From Candidatus Eiseniibacteriota bacterium (lineage in GTDB: Bacteria; ARS69), in contig JBQTGV010000138.1 of assembly GCA_052390515.1 (NCBI GenBank), positions 1 through 27,230 on the forward strand: 27,230 nucleotides of DNA, written 5' to 3'. Positions 7,525-15,500 of the stretch are shown in pieces. Below the pieces are notes generated by a model that did no database searches, was not told the DNA's origin, and was given only the letters and a program-made list of their open reading frames with translations. The position numbers and the translations under genes are program-made. Each line of letters starts with the position of its first letter. Within the stretch, counting starts at the first letter, position 1.

Positions 7525-9314
7525 CGCGGCGCACTCTGCTCTGGATCGCGGGGAATCCGGAGGGGTCGTCGGCAGAGCTGGTCGCGCGCCTCGCGAGCGA
7601 GTCGGGAATCATCTGCCGGGACCCGGGCGAGGTGGCGCGCCGCTCGGCCGAGGCGGATGCGGCCGTCGTGGTGCTCGCCTCCGGCGACGGCACCCGAGAT
7701 TCCCTGCTCGCCGGATGTGGGCGTCTCGTCGGGAGCCTCGGCGAGGACCGCGTGTGTTTCGTGCGGGCCCGGGACGGGGGCGGCGGGTTTCCGGACGGCC
7801 TGTTCGATGCGCTCGTGGTAGAGCTCGACGACGGTGCGGATGTCGACCGATGTCTGGAGCGCATTCGCTCGTTCGTCCACGGCTCTTCCGGCGCGTCCCT
7901 CGGCTTCGGCGGAACGCTGGAGCGCGCGCGCCGCTCGGCGGAACGGGCTCTCTCCGAGCTGCGCGGCGCGGGGTGCGACGGCCGCGCGGAGCATCCCGTC
8001 GTCCTCGATTCGGCCGGCGCGTGCGTGTCGGCCTACGCCGATGCTCTGGATCTCGTGCAGCGACGCTTCTGGACGACCACCGTCCTCACGTCGGGTTTCT
8101 GGACGCACCGCGTCGACGCCGTCCTCGACGCGAACCGGCGCATGATGCGAAGGCTCGCCGGCGGTGCCGGCGCCCGACGCCTCTTCCTGCTGGACCGCCC
8201 GGCGGAGCAGGTCGTGGCCGCCTACCGCGAACGGCGCATCCTCCTCGATCGGACGGGCAACGCGGGAGACGTCGCGGCGTTCGACGAGGAGACCGACACG
8301 CTGATCCGTAACGTCGCCGCGCTCGTGGCGGAGGGCTGCGAGCTCCGGGTGGCCTTCGATGGAACGGCGGCGTCGGCCCGGCTCCCAGCGGAGCTGGGCT
8401 GGAGGCAGGACGACTCGGAGATCGCCGTATACGACGACTTCCGCGTGGACGTCTTCGAGGGAGGGCGCGCCGGCGCGATCCGCCGCGTCCAGGGATTCAC
8501 GCCGGCCATGCGCCGCTTCCCGGAGCACCTGCAGGCCGCCGAGCGGTTCTTCCTCGAACTGTGGAACGGCGCCGCAGTCATGGACGACTTCCTCCGCGAT
8601 CTGAGCGCGGCGCTCGAATCCGCGAAAGGCCGGATCCACTACAGGGCGAACTGGCTCGCGCGCTACGAGTTCGCTCTCGACGAGGGCGACGCGGCGTTGA
8701 AGCAGGCGGAGGCCGAGCGGCTGGAGGAAGCGCTGCGCGCGCACGGGTTCTGGGGCGGCGTCGGCTCGGTGCTCGACGTCGGCACGTGCACGGCACGGTA
8801 CCCCTTGCTCCTGCGTCCCGCGGTCCGGGACGACGGCACGATCGTCGGCGTGGACGACGATCCGGACTGCGTGCAGTTCGCGCGGGAGAACGTGGCCCGC
8901 GCCGCGCCCGGGGACTCCCGGATCGTCCTGGTGCGTGCCGACTTCGCCGCGCGGGACCTGACGCTTCCGGGCGCGCCGTTCGATCTGGTCACGTGCATGA
9001 TGAGCACCGTCTCGCACTTCGGGCGCGGCCGGCGGGCCGATTTCGGCGATCCGTTGCAGGCCGTGATGAGGCGCTTCGCCGGCTTGCTCTCCCCGGACGG
9101 CCTGCTCGTGCTGAGCAGCTGGTCCCGGACCGCGCTCGAGAGCGGCCGGCTCCTCGCGATCTACGACGAGCCGGACTGCAAGAGGCTCGTGGAGTGGACG
9201 CCGCAGGCCGACGAGCTGGACGCGCGGCTTCTCGCCGCCGGCCTGCGCGCAGTCGAGCGGTCCGTGCCCGATCCACGGCTCGATCTGCTCGTGTGCAGGA
9301 AGGTCGCGGCATGA
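7521..9314 (+). CDS. Multidomain protein: degenerate TIR-like N-terminus, PLD-like middle domain, C-terminal class I SAM methyltransferase (597 aa)
   Basis: GTG at 7521 overlaps the halogenase stop (GTGA); stop overlaps the NRPS1 ATG. MTase motifs 'VLDVGTCTARY', 'IVGVDDD', 'RADF', 'FDLVTCM', 'LLSPDGLLVL'. N-terminal and middle domain calls are weaker. Confidence 0.7.
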   Translation: MTRRTLLWIAGNPEGSSAELVARLASESGIICRDPGEVARRSAEADAAVVVLASGDGTRDSLLAGCGRLVGSLGEDRVCFVRARDGGGGFPDGLFDALVVELDDGADVDRCLERIRSFVHGSSGASLGFGGTLERARRSAERALSELRGAGCDGRAEHPVVLDSAGACVSAYADALDLVQRRFWTTTVLTSGFWTHRVDAVLDANRRMMRRLAGGAGARRLFLLDRPAEQVVAAYRERRILLDRTGNAGDVAAFDEETDTLIRNVAALVAEGCELRVAFDGTAASARLPAELGWRQDDSEIAVYDDFRVDVFEGGRAGAIRRVQGFTPAMRRFPEHLQAAERFFLELWNGAAVMDDFLRDLSAALESAKGRIHYRANWLARYEFALDEGDAALKQAEAERLEEALRAHGFWGGVGSVLDVGTCTARYPLLLRPAVRDDGTIVGVDDDPDCVQFARENVARAAPGDSRIVLVRADFAARDLTLPGAPFDLVTCMMSTVSHFGRGRRADFGDPLQAVMRRFAGLLSPDGLLVLSSWSRTALESGRLLAIYDEPDCKRLVEWTPQADELDARLLAAGLRAVERSVPDPRLDLLVCRKVAA

Positions 9315-12300
9315 ACTCCCCCGCGCACGAGCTTCGCTCCGAGAGCGACCTTCGCGATCTGCAGCTCCTGCTGTGGCTCGGGCAAACCCTCGCGCCCGAA
9401 GCGCCGGGGTACAGCCTGCCGTTCGCGTTCGAGATCCGCGGCGAGCTGGACCCCGTGCACTTCGAGAACGCGGTGCGTGCCTTCGTCGAGCGCTGCGACG
9501 CCGCCCGCATGATCTTCGAGGAGGTCGACGGTAGACCGCGGCAGCGCGTCCGCGCGCTCGATCTTCACCTCGAACGCCAGGACTTCTCCGGCGACCGGAA
9601 CGCGGACGCACGGCTCGAGGCGTGGCTCGCGGAGCGCGTGTCGCGCGCGTTCCGTCTCGACGAGCGGCTCTTCGACACGGCGCTGGTGAGGATGGCTCCG
9701 GATCGGTTCGTCTGGTACTGGAACCAGCATCATCTCACCGCGGACGGATGGTCCTACGGGCTGATGCTGCGGCGGGTGGGGGAGTACTACGGCCTCTCGC
9801 GGGAGGGTCGGCTCGCCGGTGCCGCGGAGCTGCCGTCTTTCGCGGCGTACCTGGCGAAGGAGAGGGCCGGCCGCCCGCTCCGGGCGAAGAGCGGCACAGC
9901 CGGCGCGGAGCCTCCGAATGCCCCGCTCGAATGGTACGGGCGCACCGACGCCGTGAAGTCCCTCGCCGAGCGGCGAGTCACCCGCGCGCTGGGCGCCCGG
10001 CGGACGCGGGGGCTGCGCAGGCTGGCGGCGGATCCCGCGTTCCGCTCGCTCGGATCGGAGCTGACCGTGCTCGAGCTTCTCGCCGCGGCGACCACGGCGT
10101 ACGTGCACCGCGTCACCGGCGCGCGCCGGATCGCGCTCGGCATCCCCTTCGCCCACCGCTCCACGCCCGAGGAGCGCGAGGTCTGCGGGCTCCTGCAGGA
10201 GATGATCCCCCTCGATCTCGTGCTGGCCGAGGGCGAGACCCTGCGCTCGCTCGCCGCGAAGGTGGACGCGGAGATCTGGAGGTCGCTGCGCCGGGTCCGT
10301 GCCGGCGCTGCCCCGGCCGGCGGCACGAGCCGCTACGAGATCCTGCTCAACTATCCCGCGGTGACCTTCGCCGAGCTCGACGGGCTGCCGGTGCACGCGC
10401 GCTGGATCCATCCGGGGTTCGGCGACGGTCAGCGCAGCCTCTTCGTGCAGATCCATGACTTCGACGGCAGGGACGAGCTCGTCCTGCACTTCGACGCGAA
10501 CGCGGGGATCTTCGCCGGGGAGCTGGCCGAGAGGGCCGCCGGCCATCTCGCGGCCGCGATCGATCGCCTCATCGAGGACCCGGACCAGCTCGTCGAACGG
10601 CTGGATCTGCTCGGCGACGCCGAGCGGGAGCTCGTTGTGCGGGGGTTCAATCGCACGGGGGAGGAGTACCCGCCCGGCGAGGTCGCCGACCTGTTCGAGC
10701 AGCAGGCCGCGAAGACGCCGGAGCGCGAGGCGCTGGTCTTCGGCGACGGCGCGTGGACCTACGCGGAGCTGGACCGCGCGGCGAGCCGGCTCGCACGGTT
10801 CCTCCGCGAGCGTGGCGCCGCGCCCGGCGTGTGCGTGGCCAGCTGCGTCGAGCGCTCCGTGGAGTCCGTCGTCGGCCTGCTCGCCGTGTGGAAGTGCGGC
10901 GCCGCCCACGTGCCCATCGATCCGACCTATCCGCGGGAGCGCATCGCGTTCCTGCTCGAGGACAGTGCGTCCCGGATCCTGCTCACGCAAGAGCGCTGGC
11001 TCGGCCTTCTCCCCGCTTCGCGTCCCGAAACGGTGGTGCTCGACCGGCTCGACCTGCAGGGGCTTCCCGACGATCCGGCAGAGCGCAGCCTCGTGCTCTC
11101 CGACCTGGCCTACGTCATCTACACTTCCGGCTCGACCGGCAAGCCCAAGGGCGTGGCGATGAGCTGCCGCGCGCTGGTCAACCTCGTGCGGTGGCAGGTC
11201 CGGCAACCGACGCCGCTCGCCGCCCCGCGCACGCTGCAATTCACGCCGCTGACCTTCGACGTGTCCATGCAGGAGATGCTCTCGACGTGGGCGGCGGGAG
11301 GGACGCTCGTCCTGATCCCGGAGGAGACGCGGCGGGATCCGGAAGCGACGCTTCGATGGATCGAAGAGCAGCGCGTCGAGCGGCTCTTCATCATCTTCAC
11401 GCCGTTCCAGCGGATCGCCGAGGCTGCGGACCGCACCGGGATCGTTCCGCGCCGGCTCCGCGAGGTGATCACCGCCGGCGAGCAGCTGCAGATCACTCCG
11501 GCGGTGCGCAGGTTCTTCGAGCGGCTTCCGGGTTGCTCGCTCACCAACCAGTACGGACCGTCGGAGACGCACATCGTGACCGCCGGGCACGTCGAGGGCG
11601 CGCCCTCCGAATGGCCTCTGCTCCCGTCGATCGGCCGCCCCATCGCCAACACGGAAGCGTACGTGCTCGACGACGCGCTCCGTCCCGTGCCCGTGGGAGT
11701 CACGGGCGAGCTCTGGATCGGCGGCGCACAGGTCGCGGAGGGGTACGTCCGGCGGCCGGAGCTGACCGCGGAGCGCTTCGTGCCGGATCTGTTCCGCGGG
11801 GAGGCGGGAGCGCGGCTCTACAAGACGGGCGATCTCGCGCGCTGGAACGAGGACGGATCCATCGCCTTCCTCGGCCGGCGCGATCACCAGATCAAGCTCC
11901 GGGGATACCGCATCGAGCTCGGGGAGATCGAGTCGGTGCTGGCCGCGCACCCCGACGTCGAGCAGGCAGCGGCGCTCGCCAGGGCGAACGGCGGCGAGCC
12001 CCGTCTTCTGGCCTGGGTCGTTCCGCGCGGCGAGGCCGACGCCAAGCTACCGCTGCGCCTGCGCCGCTGGCTCGAGGAGCGGCTTCCCGAACCGATGGTG
12101 CCGTCGGCGTTCGTCGTGCTGGACGCGCTGCCGGTGACCCCGAACGGGAAGGTGGATCGGCTCGCCCTGCCGGAGCCGGACGGAGCCCGGCCCGAGCTCG
12201 AGTCCGCGTACGTCGCGCCGGCGACGTCCCTGGAGCGGACCATCGCCGGAATTTGGCGAAGCGTGCTCGGCGTCGACCGCGTCGGGCTTCGCGACAACTT

Positions 12301-12541
12301 CTTCGATCTCGGCGGCCACTCGCTGCTCCTGGTGGAAGTGCACGACGCCCTTCGCCCATTCGCGCCGCGACAGGTCTCCGTGGTGGACCTGTTCCACCAC
12401 CCGACGGTCGAGGCGCTGGCGGCCTTCCTCGACGGCGCGCGTCCGGACTCCGCTTTGGAGAGCGTGGCGGAGCGTGCCGGCCGCCAGCGGGAGGCGTTCA
12501 CGCGTGCGCGGCAGGACAGGGAGGGGCGGCGCCATGAGTGA
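9311..12541 (+). CDS. NRPS module C(starter-like)-A-PCP (1076 aa), A domain Pro/imino-acid-like
   Basis: ATG 9311 (ATGA overlap). C 'HHLTADG'; A 'YVIYTSGSTGKPKG', 'NQYGPSET', 'YKTGDL', 'PNGKVDR'; PCP 'NFFDLGGHSLL'. Confidence 0.95.
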   Translation: MNSPAHELRSESDLRDLQLLLWLGQTLAPEAPGYSLPFAFEIRGELDPVHFENAVRAFVERCDAARMIFEEVDGRPRQRVRALDLHLERQDFSGDRNADARLEAWLAERVSRAFRLDERLFDTALVRMAPDRFVWYWNQHHLTADGWSYGLMLRRVGEYYGLSREGRLAGAAELPSFAAYLAKERAGRPLRAKSGTAGAEPPNAPLEWYGRTDAVKSLAERRVTRALGARRTRGLRRLAADPAFRSLGSELTVLELLAAATTAYVHRVTGARRIALGIPFAHRSTPEEREVCGLLQEMIPLDLVLAEGETLRSLAAKVDAEIWRSLRRVRAGAAPAGGTSRYEILLNYPAVTFAELDGLPVHARWIHPGFGDGQRSLFVQIHDFDGRDELVLHFDANAGIFAGELAERAAGHLAAAIDRLIEDPDQLVERLDLLGDAERELVVRGFNRTGEEYPPGEVADLFEQQAAKTPEREALVFGDGAWTYAELDRAASRLARFLRERGAAPGVCVASCVERSVESVVGLLAVWKCGAAHVPIDPTYPRERIAFLLEDSASRILLTQERWLGLLPASRPETVVLDRLDLQGLPDDPAERSLVLSDLAYVIYTSGSTGKPKGVAMSCRALVNLVRWQVRQPTPLAAPRTLQFTPLTFDVSMQEMLSTWAAGGTLVLIPEETRRDPEATLRWIEEQRVERLFIIFTPFQRIAEAADRTGIVPRRLREVITAGEQLQITPAVRRFFERLPGCSLTNQYGPSETHIVTAGHVEGAPSEWPLLPSIGRPIANTEAYVLDDALRPVPVGVTGELWIGGAQVAEGYVRRPELTAERFVPDLFRGEAGARLYKTGDLARWNEDGSIAFLGRRDHQIKLRGYRIELGEIESVLAAHPDVEQAAALARANGGEPRLLAWVVPRGEADAKLPLRLRRWLEERLPEPMVPSAFVVLDALPVTPNGKVDRLALPEPDGARPELESAYVAPATSLERTIAGIWRSVLGVDRVGLRDNFFDLGGHSLLLVEVHDALRPFAPRQVSVVDLFHHPTVEALAAFLDGARPDSALESVAERAGRQREAFTRARQDREGRRHE

Positions 12542-15500
12542 GGCGGGTACTCCCAGGATCGCGGTCGTGGGCATGGCCGGCCGCTTCCCGGGAGCTCCGG
12601 GGATCGACGAGCTCTGGATCCTGCTCCGCGACGGCAGGGAGCCGTCCGTCGAGCTGAGCGACGCCGAGCTCCTGGCGGCTGGAGTCGATCCCGCGCTGCT
12701 CGCCGATCCCGCCTACGTGAAGCGCGCGGCCCTCCTCGACGGGATCGACCGCTTCGACGCGCGATTCTTCGGCTACACGCCCCGCGAGGCGGCCACGATG
12801 GACCCGCAGCACCGCCTGTTTCTGGAAGCGGCGTGGCACGCGCTCGAGGATGCCGGCCACGGCGCGGAGGAGGACGCGGGCCCGGTCGCGGTCTTCGCCG
12901 GCGAGAGCCTCGACACCTACGCGCGGAACAACCTCTACCCGGACCGCGACTTCGTCGCCTCGATGGAGGATCTGCAGGCGCTCATGAGCGTCGACGGCGC
13001 CTTCCTCGCGACGCGCGTGGCCTACCACCGCAACTTGACCGGGCCGGCCGTGGTCGTGCAGAGCACCTGCTCGACGTCGCTGCTGGCCATCTGTCAGGCG
13101 TGCCAGAGCCTGCTGCAGTACGGTAGCGACCTCGCGGTGGCGGGCGGCGTCTCGGTGCGCGTCCCGGAGCGGCGCGGTTACCTGTACCAGCCCGGGGGAA
13201 TCCTCTCGCCGGACGGACGCTGCCGCCCGTTCGACGCGCGCGCCGCGGGCACGTACTTCAGCAACGGAGTCGGCGCCGTCGTGCTGCGGCGGCTGGAGGA
13301 CGCGCTCGCGGACGGCGATTCGATCCACGCGGTGATCCGCGGGTGGGCGGTGAACAACGACGGCGCGTCGAAGGTCGGCTACACGGCGCCGAGCGTCGAA
13401 GGTCAGGCCGCGGTGATCGCGATGGCGCAGGAGCTGGCCGGCGTGGATCCGGCCACGATCGGCTGCGTCGAGGCGCACGGCACCGCCACCGCACTTGGCG
13501 ATCCCATCGAGGTGGCCGCGCTGACGCGCGCGTTTCGCGGGCGAAGCAACCGGCGCGGCACCTGCGCGCTGGGGTCGGTCAAGAGCAACTTCGGACATCT
13601 CGACGCCGCGGCGGGCGTGGCCGGCTTCCTCAAGACGGTGCTCTCCTTGAAGCACGGCCGGATCCCGCCGAGCCTGCACTTCGAGCGGCCCAACCCGAAC
13701 ATCGACTTCGGCGCGGGCCCCTTCTTCGTCAACGGGAGGCTCGCGGCGTGGCCGGACCTCGGAGCGCCGCGCCGCGCGGGTGTGAGCTCCTTCGGCATCG
13801 GCGGGACGAACGCGCACGTCGTCCTCGAGGAGGCGCCGCCGGCCGCCGCGGTCGATCCGCCCTCGCGGCCGTTCGAGCTGCTGGTCGTCTCCGCGAAAAC
13901 CGAGGCGGCGCTCGCCGCGCAAGCCGAGAGCCTGGCCGGCCGTCTCGCCGCGGCACCGGACGTCGCGCTGGCCGACGTGGCGCACACGCTGCAGACCGGA
14001 CGGCGGGGATTCGCCCGGCGTCGTGCGCACGTCTGTCGCGACGCGCAGGACTCGGAGCGTGCGCTTCGTGCGGCCCGCCGCGGCGCGCCGGCGGCGGAGG
14101 CGACGGATCGTCCGGACGTGGCCTTCCTCTTCCCCGGGCAGGGCGCGCAGTACGCGGGGATGGGGCAAGGGCTCCGAGACGCGGAGCCCGAGTTCCGGAG
14201 GCACGTCGACGAGTGCGCGGCGGTTCTCGAGCCGCTGCTCGGTCTCGACATCCGCGAGGCGATGCTCGACGGCGGTCGCCTCACCGACACGGAGCTCGCC
14301 CAGCCGGCGCTCTTCACCGTCGAGTACGCGCTCGCACGAACGTGGATGAAGTGGGGAGTGCACCCGGCGGCGATGATCGGGCACAGCGTGGGCGAATACG
14401 TCGCGGCGTGCCTCTCCGGCGTGATGTCGCCGAGCGACGCTCTCTCGCTCATCGCTGCCCGCGGGAAGCTGATGCAGCGGCTGCCGCGCGGCGCCATGCT
14501 CGCGGTGCCGCTCTCGCCGGAGGCGGCGTCGAGTCGGCTGGACGGCGGGCTCGCGCTGGCCGCGAGCAACGCGCCGGAGCTGTCCGTCGTGTCCGGGCCG
14601 ATCCCCGCGGTCGAAGCGCTCGAGGTGCGCCTGCGCGAGGAGGGCATCGCCGGGCGCCGGCTGCACACGTCGCACGCGTTCCACTCGGCGATGATGGACC
14701 CGATCCTCGAGGACTTCGCCCGGGAAGTGCGCCGCGCGAAGCTGGACGCTCCGCGCATCCCCTACGTGTCCAACGTGACCGGACGGTGGGTCCGGCCGGA
14801 GGAGGCGACGGATCCGGCGTACTGGGCCACGCATCTGCGGCAGACGGTTCGCTTCTCCGAAGGAGTGGCCGAGCTGCTACACCGTCCGGTTCATCTCCTG
14901 CTGGAAGTCGGGCCGGGTCGCGCGCTCGGCGCACTCGCCGGACATCATCGGAGCGCGGCAGTCCCAGCCGTCGCGGCGGTCCCGTCCCTGCGTGACGCAC
15001 GCGACCCTCGTTCCGACGTCGAGTGCCTGCTGGATGCTGCGGGACGGCTCTGGGAAGCGGGCGTCGAGATCGACTGGCGCGCCTTTCGCGGCGGCGAGCG
15101 GCGCCGGCGCATTCCGCTCCCGGGGTATCCCTTCGAGCGCGAGCGGCACTGGGTGGAGCCGCGTCGCGGGACGGGGCGAAGCTCGACGCCGCGAAGCGAC
15201 GACGCGGCGGGTCGCTTCTGGATTCCGTCGTGGAGGCGGTCGTCGGTGCCCCCCGCGCCCGCGCGCGTCGCGGAACGCTGGCTGGTGATCGGCGGCGACG
15301 ACGAGCTCACCCGGCGATTGACCGGCGCTCTCGCCGGCCGAGGCTGCGAGGTGATCGCCGGAGAGGGGCGCGCACCGAACGTGCTCTGGACCCGGAGCGC
15401 GCCGGGTGAGGGCGTGGCGGCCGGGAGCGAGGACGAGGAGCTCGAGCTCGCGTTCTTCGGTCCCGTGCTGCTCGCGCGCGCGCTGGCCGGATCGGGAGAG

